From positions 1 to 47,141 of the forward strand of contig JAANOX010000204.1 in the NCBI GenBank assembly GCA_020184695.1: 47,141 bases of DNA. Direction: 5' to 3'. Shown here in pieces: positions 1 to 12,000 of the stretch (position 1 is the first letter of the stretch; each line of letters starts with the position of its first letter). Source of the DNA: Histomonas meleagridis 2922-C6/04-290x (Eukaryota > Protista > Parabasalia). Under the pieces are notes generated by a model. The model made no database searches. It saw only the letters and a program-made list of their open reading frames with translations, and was not told the DNA's origin. Made by a program: the position numbers and the translations under genes.

Positions 1-3000
1 GAGCACCCAGGCGGTGAGACCCAGGTGGCAGAGACCCAGGCAAGGTGGCAGACCCAGGCAGGCTGGAACCAGGTGGCGACACCCAGGCAAGTGGTGACAC
101 CCAGGCAGGAGACCCAGGCAGGTGGTGGAACCCAGGCGGTGGCACCAGTGGACCAGGCAGGCACCAGGCAGTGTGAGACCAGGCGGGGTGAGGACCAGGC
201 AGGAGCATCCAGGGCAAGGTGGAGGCCAGGCAGGCTCAGGGTGCAGTGGAGGCGAGGTGGCAGGAGTGGCCTGGCAGGTGAGACCCAGGTGGTGGAGACT
301 CAGGGCAGTGAGACTCAGGTGGTGGTGGACCCATGAGGGCAGGCAGGCACTGAAAGGCAGGCACCCAGGCAGGTGAGACCCAGGCGGCAGGATCCAGGCA
401 AGTGCGGGAGGAACCAGGCAAGGTGGTGACTCCAGGCAGGGAGGACCCAGGTGGGTAGAGACTCAGGCAGGTGAGGCTCAGGTGGGTGTGGAGGCCAGGT
501 GTGGTGGCAACCTGTGCGTGGCACCCAGGTGCGTGGCACCAGGCAGTGAGGCACCAGTGGAGGCCTCAGTGGAGGCACTGGCGCGTGGACAACCAGGCAG
601 AGATGATCCAGGCAGGAGGACCCAGGCAGTATGAGGCAGTGAGACCCAGGCAGTGGAGACCCAGAGCGTGAGGCCTCAGGTGTGGCACGAGGCGGTGAGA
701 CCCAGTGGCGGTGGAGGCCCAGGTGGTGAGGACTCAGGTGGTGCAGTGAGACCGCCAGGGTGGACACCAGGCAGGTGAGACCCAGGTGGTGAGACTCACA
801 GCATGACACTGAGGTACGGTGGAGGTGGCGGTGAGGCCAGGTGGGTGAGGCCAGGTGGCAGGGAGACTCAGGCAGGAGACCCAGGCAGGTGGAGACCCAG
901 GCAGGTGGAGACCACAGGTGGTGGAGACCAGGTGGTGGAGACCCAGCAGTGGTGGAGACTCAGGCAAGCAGGTGGTGGCACAGTGGGAGACTCAGGTGGT
1001 GGACACAGGGCAGTGGTGGACCCAGGGCAGGTGGAGCACTCCAGGTGCGTGAGACTGTGGCAGGCGGCACGCGCGGCCCAGGGCGTGGCACTCAGGTGCG
1101 TGGCGTCTGCGCGTGCGGCGACCCAGGGTGAGCCCAGTGCGCATAACGAGGCAGTGAGACCAGGCACAGGGAGTGGTCCAGGTGCAAAGTGGAGACTCAG
1201 GTGTGTGAGACCCAGGGTGGTGGCACTCAGGTGGTGGCACCCAGGTGTGGCACCCAGGGTGGAGAACCCAGTGGAGTGAACAAAGCAGTGGCACGAGGCA
1301 AGTGGTGGCAATCCAGTGATAATCCAGGCAGTGAGACCCAGGCAGGAGACCAGGTGGAGACGAGGTGGCAGGAGCCCAGTGCGTGGCACCCAGTGTGTGA
1401 GCACTGTGTGCGTGGCAGCCCAGTGTGTGGAGCCGTGTGCAGTGGCACCCGTGCGCAGGCCCAGTGCGTGGCGACCCAGGCAAGTGATAACCCAGATGTG
1501 ACACAGGTGTGTAGACTCAGGCAGGGAGACCCAGGTGTGGCACCCAGTGCGTGGCACCCAGCGCGTGGTTCCAGTGCGGGCACCCAGGTGCGTGGCATCC
1601 AGGCAGGTGAACAGGCAGGCAGACCAGGCGGTGGAGGAACCAGGCAGAACTGAGGTGGACACCCAGGCAGGAGACCCAGGTGTGGCACCAGGTGAGCCAG
1701 GTGGTGGTGGAGACCCAGGTGTGTGGCACTCCAGGGGCACAGGTGAGACCAGGCGGTGAGACCCAGGTGAGACCCAGCAGGTGAGACCCAGGGTGGCAGG
1801 AGCAACCAGGCAGGAGACTTAGGTGGTGGTGGTGGAGACCCAGGCAGGCAGAGGCCAGGTGCACCAGGCAGGTGTGGAGGCCAGGCGTGGCACCCAGGTG
1901 TGTGGCACCCAGGTGTGGCACCAGGTGGTGGCACCCAGGTGGTGACACCCAGTGGTGGCACCCAGGCAGGTGAGACCCAGGCAGTGGAGACCCAAGCAGG
2001 AGCACCCAGGCAGGTGGGAGGCCTGGCAGAGACCCAGGCAGGTGACACTCCAGGTGGTAGACCCAGGCAGTGGAGGCACCCAGGCAGGTGGAGACCCAGG
2101 CAGGTGAGGCCTGAGGCGGCAGTGGCCCAGGGCAGGAGACCCAGGGAGCGGTGGAGACCCAGGCAGCAGGAGGTCCAGGCAGGAGGTCCAGGCAGTGAGC
2201 AAAGGTGCGTGAGCACCCAGTGTGAGGTCAGGTGGTGTGGAGACTCAGTGTGTGGCACCCAGGTGGCACCCAGTGCGTGGCACTCAGGTGGTGAGGCACC
2301 AGTGGTGGTGAGACCCAGGCAGGTGGAGACCCAGGGCAGGTGAGAATCCAGGGCAGCAGTGAGCCCTAGTGGCAGGAGACCCAGGTGGAGCACGAGGCGT
2401 GGAGACCAGGTGGCACCCAGGCGAGGTGGCACCCAGTGGAGACTCAGGTGGTGGCACTGCGTGGCGCCAGGCATGTGAGACCAGGCGAGGTGGAAACGCA
2501 GCGATAACTAGGCAAGGGACACCAGGCAGGTGACACCAGGCAGAAATGTGGTGAGGCAGGCGTGGAGACCAGGCTGCGGCACCCAGTGCGTGGCACCCAT
2601 GCGGGTGGCAACCAGGCGCGGCGCCCAGTGCGGCGACCCAGGCGCGGCGACCCAGGCGCGTGGATGCCCAGGCCAGGTGGAGACCCAGGCGGCGGATAAC
2701 CATAGGCGTGACACCAGGCAGCAGGAGACCCAGGCAGGAGACCAGGTGGTGGGAGCACTCAGGTGGTGGCACCCAGGCAGTGTGAAGGTGTGGAGGCTCA
2801 GCAGGTGGCACCCAGTGCGTGGTGGCACCCAGAAGTGGCACCCAGTGTGGCACTCAGTGGCACCCAGCAGTGACACCAGGCAGTGATAACCCAAGCAAGG
2901 TGAGACCCAGGTGGCAGGAGACCAGGCAGGTGGAGACCAGTGTGTGAGCACCAGGCAGGCACCAGTGTGTGGCACCCAGTGGTGGCACCCAGGCGGGCAC

Positions 3001-6000
3001 CCAGGTGGTGTGAGACCCAGGTGTGGGAGAACTCAGGCAGGGAGACCCAGGCAGAGTCTGAGGCAGCAGGAGACGAGGTGGTGGAGACCCAGGTGGTGGA
3101 GGTCAGGTGGTGGCGACCAGGCGTGTGGAACCAGGTGTGTGAGGCCCAGGTGGCACTCAGGTGGCAGGGAGCACCCAGTGTGGAGAATCCAGGTGGCAGT
3201 GAGACCCAGGGTGATGACCAGGCAGTGGAGACTCCAGCGGTGGTGAGGACCAGGCAGGTGAGACCCAGGCAGTGGAGACCCAGGGTGAGCAACCAGGCAG
3301 TGGCACCAGGTGGTGGGACCCAGGTGCGTGGCACCCAGGCGAGGCACCAAGGCAATCCAGTGGCAGGAGGTAACAGGGAGTCCAAGGCAGGCACAGGTGG
3401 TGGAGAATCCAGGCAGGAGACCCAGGTGGTGGTGAGACCTTAGGTGAGACCAGTGGGTGCGGCACAGTGGTGCACCCAGGCGTGGCACCCAGTGGTGGCA
3501 ACCCAGGCGCAAGTGGCACCCAGGCGCGTGAGACCCAGGCATGAAATACACCTAGGCAGTGGTGGAGACCCAGGTGGTGGTGCGAGGCATTGAGGAGGCA
3601 GATGATGAGGGTATGTGAGACCCAGGCAGGTGGAGACTGAGGTGGTGGAGACCAGGTGTGGAGACGAGTTGGTGAGACCCAGTGGAGGAGACCCAGGAGG
3701 AAACGAGGCAGCGAGACACACAGAACAGGGCATACACCAGTGTGGGAGACTGAGGCAGGAGACCCAGTGGAGGACTCAGAGCACCAGGCAGTGAGGACCC
3801 AGGTCAGGCACCGCGGTGGGAGCACCCAGGCAAACCCACGAGCACCAGTGTGTGAACACCACAAACCAGCAGTGGTCAGTGCAACCAGGTGGTGGAGGCC
3901 CAGGTGTGCGCATGACCAGGTGGACACCCAGGCAGGTGGCACTCAGGCGAGTGGCACCAGGCAGATAACCAGGCAGAGACCCAGGGCAGCAAGAGACCTA
4001 CAAGAGACAGGCAGGGAGACTAGGGTGGTGAGCACTCAGTGGTGAGGCACCAGGTGGGTGGCACCCAGTGCGTGGCACCCAGTGCGTGGCACCCAGTGTG
4101 GTGAGACCCAGGCAGTGGAGACCCAGGCAGTGAGACCCAGGGCATGAACGAAGGCGCGATAACTGCGCGCATAACCATGCAGTGGCAATCTGCGCGCGCG
4201 ACGCTCAGTGCAGGACCGCGCGGCGTCTGCGCGCGCGGCGCCCAGCGCGCGGAGCCACTGCGCGGCGCCCAGCGCGTGGAACAGGCGCGCGATGAACCAG
4301 GCGCGCGGTGAATCAGCAGGTCAGGTGGTGGAGCACCCAGTTGGTGGAGCACCAGGCAGAGCACACAAGTCGCAGTGGATGAGGCCAGGCTGAGCCTGAG
4401 GCGAGACCCAGGCAGGTGAGGCCCAGTGGTGGAGACGCAGGTAGTGGAGACCAGGCATGTGAGGCCCAGGCAGTGAGGACCAGGCAGTGGAGCAATTGGT
4501 GGCAGGAGACCAGGTGGCAGCAGATGGACCCAGGCGGTGGAGACTCAGGGGTGTGAGGCTCCAGGCAGGTGGCACCCAGTGTGGCACCCAGGTGTGGCAC
4601 CAGTGGTGGGAGCCCAGGTGTGGAGACCAGGTGCAGGAGAACCCAGTGGCGGTGACACCAGGTGGTGGTGGAGACCAGGCAGGTGAGACAGAGGTGGTGG
4701 AGACTAGGTGGGTGGTGGAGACCCAGGCAGGTGAGGCCCAGGTGGACCAGGTGTGTGTGGAGGCCCAGGTGCGGTGGAGCACCAGGGTGGCAGGTGAGGC
4801 CCAGGTGGTGAGACCCAGGGTGGCAGGAGAACCCAGTGGCAGGTGAGACCCAGTGGTGACACCAGGTGCAGAACCAGCGTGGCACCCAGGGTGGCGCCCA
4901 GGTGGTGGTGGCACCCAGGTGTGTGGCACCCAGGCAGTGGCACCCAGGTGCGTGGCACCCATGGCAGTGCAGATCCAGGCAAGTGTATAACCAGGCAGTG
5001 AGCAATCCAGGTGGCAGGAGGCAGGTGAGGTGGTGGAGCACCCAGGCAGGAGGCAGGGTGCGGTGACACCAGCAGGTGGAGACCAGGCGGTGGCACCCAG
5101 TGTGGCACCCAGTGCGTGGCACCCAGTGCGTGGCACTCCAGTGTGGCGACCCAGGCAGTGGCACCCAGGCAGTGAGAACCCAGGCAAGGAGCACTCAGGT
5201 GGTGGTGAGACCCAGGCGGTGGCACCCAGTGCGTGGCACCCAGTGCGTGGCACCCAGGCAGGTGGAGACCAGTGTGTGGCACCCAGTGCGGCACCCAGGC
5301 GTGGCACCCAGTGCGTACAACCAGGCGCGGTGAAACCCAGGTGGTGGAGGCCGCAGGAGACGCAGGCAGTGAGGACCAGTGGTGTGGGAGACTCAGGTGG
5401 TGTGGAGGCCCAGGTGTGGTGGAGACCCAGGTGTGTGGCACCAGGTGGTGGCACTCAGTGGTGTGGATACCCAGGCAGTGTGGCGACCCAGGCAGTGAGA
5501 CCCAGTGTGAGCACCCAGGCAGGTGACTGAGGCGGCAGCAGGAGACCAGGTGGCAGTGCACTCCAGGCAGGAGCACGAGGTGGCAGGTGGAGGCGAGTGG
5601 CGGTGGCGCCCAGGTGTGGCACCCAGTGCGTGGCACCCAGGCGTGGCACCGCGCGTGAGCACCCAGGTGGGCAACCAGGCAGGTGAGACCCAGGTGGTGC
5701 AGGAGACCCAGGCAGACACCCAGGCGCGGTGAGACCCAGTGCAGTGGCACCAGGGCGCGGCACCAGGCGTGGCGCACCAGTGCGGCGTCTTGCGCGCGAG
5801 GCGCCCAGGCGACACCCAGGCGCGTGGCGACCAGCGCGCGCGGCGTCCAGCGCGCGCGGCGAACCAGGTGGCAGTGATGGACCCAGGTGGTGGTGGAGAC
5901 CCAGGCAGGTGAGCACCCAGGTGTGGCACCAGGGGCAGTGGTCAGGCCCAGGTGGCACCCAGGTGTGGCACCCAGGGTGGTGGAGACCCAGGCAGCAGGA

Positions 6001-9000
6001 GACCCAGGCAAGGGTGGAGCACCCAGGCGCGCGACACCCAGGCAGTGGAGACCCAGTGCGTGGAAAATGGCAGGTGGAGACTCAGGTGGTGACACGCAGG
6101 TGTGGCACCCAGGTGGTGCACCCAGCGTGGCACCCAGGCAGTGAGAACTGAGGCAGGCGTGGAGGGACCCAGGCAGCGTGATAACCCAGGTGAGACCCAG
6201 TGTGGACACCAGTGGTGTGGCACCCAGGTGCGTGGCACCCAGGCAGGTGGCACCCAGGCGTGGTGGCACCAGGCGTAGACCCAGTGTGGCACTCCAGTGC
6301 GTGGCACCTGTGCAGCGGGCACCACGCGTGGCACCAGTGCGGCAACCAGGCAAGTGCGAGCACCCAGGCAGCAGTGAGACCAGGCAGTGAGCACAGGTGG
6401 AGACTCAGGTGGCAGGAGCACTCAGGTGGTGACTACCCAGGTGGCAGGAGGCTCAGTGCAGGCCAAGTGCGGTGACCCAGGCAGGTGAGGCTCAGTGTGG
6501 TGGAACCCAGGCAGGAGACCCAGGTGCAGGTGAGACCCAGGCAGGAGACCAGGCGTGCGACACCCAGGCGTGGCACCCAGGCGTGGCACCGGTGGCACCA
6601 GGTGGCACTCCAGTGTGGCACCCAGTGCAGGTGGAGCCCCAGTGCGTGGCACCCAGTGGCACCAGGCAGTGGTGGAGACCCAGGCAGGTGGAGACCCAGA
6701 TGTAAGGCAGGAGACTGAGGCAGGAGAGAACCCAGGCAGGAGGCACTCAGGTAGGAGGCCCAGGTGGTGGAGGACTCAGGTGTGCACCCAGGTGTGGAGA
6801 CCCAGGTGGCGTGGTACTCCAGTGGTGAGGCGCAGTGTGTGAGACCCAGGTGGAGACCAGGCAGCAGGAGAACGCAGGTGGCAGGAGCACCAGGTGGTGT
6901 CCAGGTGGTGAGCAGGTGAGACCCAGGTGGTGCGTGGCACCCAGTGCACTCAGGCGGTGGTGGAGACCAGTGCACCAGTGCGTGGCACCCAGGAGCAGTG
7001 GTGGAACCAGGCGTGAGAACCAGGCAAGTGAGGACCAGGTGGCAGTGAGAAGGAGTGGTGAGACCAGGCAGTGAAACTCCAGGTGGTGGCACCCAGGCGC
7101 TGTGGCACCAGCGTGGCGCCCAGGCGTGGCACCCAGGTGCGGCACCCAGGTGAGCACTCCAGGCAGGAGACCTCAGGTGCGTGAAGAATCCAGCGGCAGT
7201 GAGACCCAGGCAGGCAGGAGAACAGGTGGAGGACCCAGGTGACACCAGGTGGTGGAGCACCCAGGCAGGAGACCCAGTGGTGGAGGCCCAGGCAGGTGAG
7301 GCGCAGTGGTGGGAGACCCAGGTGCGTGGCACCAGTGGCAGGCCCAGGGCAGGTGGCGAACCAGGAAGTGCGTGAGAACTCAGGCAGGTAGAGGACCAGG
7401 GCAGCAGGTGCAGAGACCCAGGCAGGTGGACACCAGGTGGCAGGGAGCACCAGTGTGTGGAGACCCAGGTGTGTGGCACCCAGGTGTGTGGCACCCAGTG
7501 TGTGGCACCCAGGCAGGTGAGACCCAGGCAGTGGCAACCAGGTGGTGGTGAGCACCCAGGCGCAGATAACGAGGCGTGGTGAGGCACCCAGGTGGCATGA
7601 GACTAAGGTGAGGACCAGGTGGTGGCACTCAGGTGGTGGTGAGGCCAGGCACCAGTGGTGGAAACAGGCAGTGGAGACCCAGGTGCAGTGGTGGCACTCA
7701 GTGGGTGGCACCCAGGTGGTGGCACCCAGGCAGGAGGCCCAGGCAGCAGTGGAGCAACCCAGGCGCGATAACCAGGCGGTGAGCACGCAGGCGCGGCGTG
7801 GAGACCAGGTGGAGACCTACGCACACCAGGCGGTGGCACCAAGCGGCACCCAGCACCCAGTGCGGAGACCCAGCGCGCGCGGCCCGCGCGCGCGGTATGA
7901 TCCAGCCGCGCATGACCCAGGTGGCAGACACCAGGTGGAGGTGGAGGTCTAGGGCAGGAGCACTCAGGTGGAGACCAGTGCGTGTGGCACCCAGGATGCT
8001 GGTGGAGACCAGGTGGTGTGGCACGAGGCACTCAGTGCGTGGCACCCAGCGGCGGCACCCAGGCAGTGAGACCCAGGCAGGAGCATCCAGGCAGTGGAGA
8101 CCCAGGCAGGGAGACCCAGTGGTGGAGACTTAGGTGTGTGACGACGCAGGTGAGACCAGGCAGGGAGAGACCCAGGTGGGTGGTGAGACTCAGGGTGACC
8201 AGTGTGGCACCCAGGTGGTGGTAGGACACGTCAGGTGGAGGACCCAGGCATGGACCATGGCAGGAGACCAGGCAAGAGACGAGGTGGTGTGGCACGCAGT
8301 GGTGAGACCCAGGTGGACCCAGGGTGGTGATAATCCAGTGTGTGGCACCCAGGTGTGGAGGAATCAAGGTGGAGACCAGGTGGGTGGCGACACCAGGCGT
8401 GGAACCCAGGTGGTGGTGGTGACCAGGCAAGGCAGTAACTCAGGCAGAGACCCAGGCACATGTGAGACCAGGCAGGTGGGAGACCCAGGTGGTGGTGGAG
8501 GCTCAGGTGGTGGCACTGCACCCAGGTGGTGGCACCCAGTGTGGCACCCAGGCAGGTGGCAGCAATCAGGGCGGTGCAGTGGAACGAGGCAGGGTGGCAA
8601 TCCATGAGTGATCCAGGCTGGTGGACACCAGCAGGAGACGAGGCAGTGGTCCAGGGTGTGTGGCACCCAGGTGTAGCACTAGTGTGGTGACACCAAGTGG
8701 TGAGCACTCAGGTGCGTGGCACGCAGTGCGTGAGCACCCAGTGGATGACCCAGGCAGTGGTGGGTGGCCCAGGCAAGTATAACCAGGTAGCGGTGACACC
8801 AGGTGAGCACCCAGGTGGTGAGACTCAGGTGGTGGTGGCACTCCAGGCAGTGAGACCAGGTGGTGGCACCCAGGTGCGTGAGGCCCAGGTGAGTCAGGCA
8901 AGGTGGAGGCCCAGGTGGTGGAGGCACCCAGGTGGTGGCGAACCCAGGCAGTGGAGAACCCAGGCAAGTGACAACCCAGGTGCAGTGGCATCCAGGTGGT

Positions 9001-12000
9001 GGTGGAGGCCCAGGTGTGAGGCCCAGTGTGAGTGGCCCAGGTGGGTGGAGACCCAGGCAGCGTGGCACCCAGTGTGTGCAGGCCCCAGTGCGTGGCACCA
9101 GGTGGCAGTGGCACCCAGGGGTGGAGACTCAGGCAGGAGGAACAGGCAGTGGCACCGAGCGTGGAACCCAGGCAAGCAGGAGAACCCAGGCGTGATGACC
9201 CAGGTGGGTGAGACCCAGGTGGTGGAGACCCAGTGCAGGCACGAGTGTGGAACAGGTGGCAGGAGACCCAGTGTGGTGGCACCCAGGTGCGAGTGGCACC
9301 CAGGCATAACCCAGGCAAAAGATGATCAGGTGGCAGTGGAGGCCCAGGCAGCAGGAGGCCCAGGTGGCAGTGGAGAACCAGGCAGGAGACCCAGGGCAGG
9401 TGGGAGACCAGGTGGTGTGGCACCCAGGTGGTGGAGGCTCCAGGTCAGGTGGAGGACTGAGGCAGCAGGGTGACCAGGCAGGAGTCCAGGTGCTGGAGGC
9501 CCAGGCAGAGGAGCACCAGGTGGCAGGAGACTGCAGTGGTGGAGACCCAGGTGGGTGACACCAGGTGGTGGAGGCCCAGTGCAGGCACCCAGTGGTGGTG
9601 GCACCCAGGCAGGCAGTGAGCACCAGGCGGGTGGCACCCAGGTGGCAGAGGCCCAGGCAGGTGGAGGCACCCAGGCGCAGTGAGATCCAGGCGGGTGACA
9701 CCAGGTGCGTGCAGACCCAGTGGGTGAGCACCCAGTGGGTGGTGTGGCACCCAGGGTGCAGGACCCAGGGTGCGGTGCAGGCCCAGGCGTGGCACCCAGT
9801 GTGGCACCCAGGCAGGAGGCCCAGGGGTGAGACCCAGGCAGCAGGGCAACTATCGGCAGAGGACCAGGCGGTGGCACCAGGCAGGTGGAGACAGGTGCAG
9901 GAGACCCAGGCGTGTGGCACTCCAGGGTGGTGGCACCCAGTGCGGTGGCACTCAGTGGCGTTCCAGGTGGCACCCAGTGGCGTGGCACCCAGTGGCACCC
10001 AGGTGCGTGGCACCCAGGTGAGTCCAGGGTGAAAAGAGGACCCAGGCAGTGGAGACTGGCAGTGAAACCCAGGTGGTGAGACAGGTGGTGGTGGACCAGG
10101 TGCGTGGAGCCCAGTGTGGCACCAGGTGCGTGGAGGCTCAGGCGTGAGACCCAGTGTGTGGCACCCAGGCAGGAGACCCAGGCAGAGCATGGTAACCCAG
10201 GCATGGCAGTGGAGGTGGAGCACCAGGTGAGGCCCAGGTGGTGAGGACCAGGTGGCACCCAGGCGTGGCACCAGGTGAGGCTCGGCAGTGTGGCACCCAG
10301 GCAGGAGACCAGTGGGCACCAGTGCAGTGGCAACCAGGCAGGTGATAACCAGGCAAGGCACCCAGGCAGGAGACCCAGGCAGTGTGAGACCCAGGTGGCA
10401 GGCGCACCCAGGTGTGCAGACCAGGCGTGGTGGAGACCCAGTGTGAGTACCAGTGTGGCACCCAGTGCGTGGCACCCAGGCAGTGAGACCCAGGCAGTGG
10501 ATAACAAAGACAGGCAGGAGACCCAGGCAGAGCACAGGTGGCAGGAGACCAGGGTGGTGGAGGCCCAGTGTGTGGCACTCCAGTGCGTGGAGGCCCAGGT
10601 GTGGCACCCAGGCGTGAGTCCCAGTGGTGGTGAGACCAGGTGGGCAGGTGGCACCCAGGCAGGTGATAACCCATATGAGACCCAGGCAGGTGAGACCAGG
10701 TGAGACCAAGGCAGACACCCAGGTGTGAGACTCAGTGGTGGCACCCAGTGGTGGCACCCAGGCGTGGCACCCAGGTGGTGTGGAGACCCAGGCAGGTGAG
10801 ACCCAGGCAAGGTGGTACCAGGCATGAGGAACCCAGTGGGGCAGGACACCAGGTGGTGGATAACCAGGCGGTGGAGACTCAGGCAGGAGACCCAGGTGCA
10901 GGTGGAGACTCAGGGCGTGAGACTAGGCACTCAGGTGAGACCCAGGTGCGTGGCGCCCAGGCGTGGTGACACCAGGTGGTGGTGGCACCCAGGTGCATGA
11001 CCCAGGCGGTGAACTGAGGCAGCAGACCAGGGCGTGAGGCTCAGGCAGTGGAGCACCCAGGCGGTGTGGTGAGACCCAGGTGTGTGGCACGCAGTGGGTG
11101 GTGGCACCCAGGCAGTGGTGGAGACCAGGTGGTGGTGGAGGCTCAGTGGGTGAGGACCAGGTGTGGTGTGGCACCAGTGAGACCCAGGCAGACCCAGGCA
11201 GGTGAGACCCAGGCAGAGCACCCAGGCAGTGAGGCTCCAGGTGGTGGTACTCAGGTGGCAGGACCAGTGGTGGTGAGGCCCAGGTGGTGGTGAGACCCAG
11301 GGCAGGAGGACCAGTGTGTGGCACAGTGTGAGGCCCAGGTGGTGGAGACCCCAGGCAGGCAGACACTGAGCAGGTGGAAACCAGGCACAAGTGATGACTC
11401 AGGTGGTGGAGACTGGCAGGCAGGAGACCAGGCGGTGGTCAGCCAGGTGGCAGGTGGAGGCCAGGTGTGTGGAGACCCAGGTGGGAGGATCAGGCAGGAG
11501 ACTCAGGTGGGTGGTGAGCACTCAGTGGCAGGAGACTCCAGGTGGTGGAGGCACGCAGGTGGTGGAGACCAGGTGGCACACTGAGGCGGTGATGAACCAG
11601 GCAGGTGGAGGACCAGGCGGTGTGAGACTCAGGCAGGTGAGGACTGAGGGTGCATGGAGACCCAGGCAGGTGGAGGCGCAGTGGTGAGGCTCAGGTGGTG
11701 CACCCAGGGCAGGAGTGCCCAGGTGGTGGTGACTCAGGCAGGTGGAGACCAGGTGGTGGAGTCACCCAGGTGGTGGTGGTGAGACCAGGCGCAAGTGAGA
11801 ACCAGGCAGGAGAGGTCCAGGGCAGGAGCACCCAGGTGCAGGAGGCCCAGGTGGTGGAGACCCAGGCAGGAGACCCAGGTGTGAGGCCCAGGTGCGGCAC
11901 CAGGCGCGCGTGAGCCCAGGTGTGGCACCCAGTGTGGCACCAGGTGGTGGCACCCAGGTGGTGAGACCCAGGCGTGACAACCCAGGCAGTGGCAACTGAG

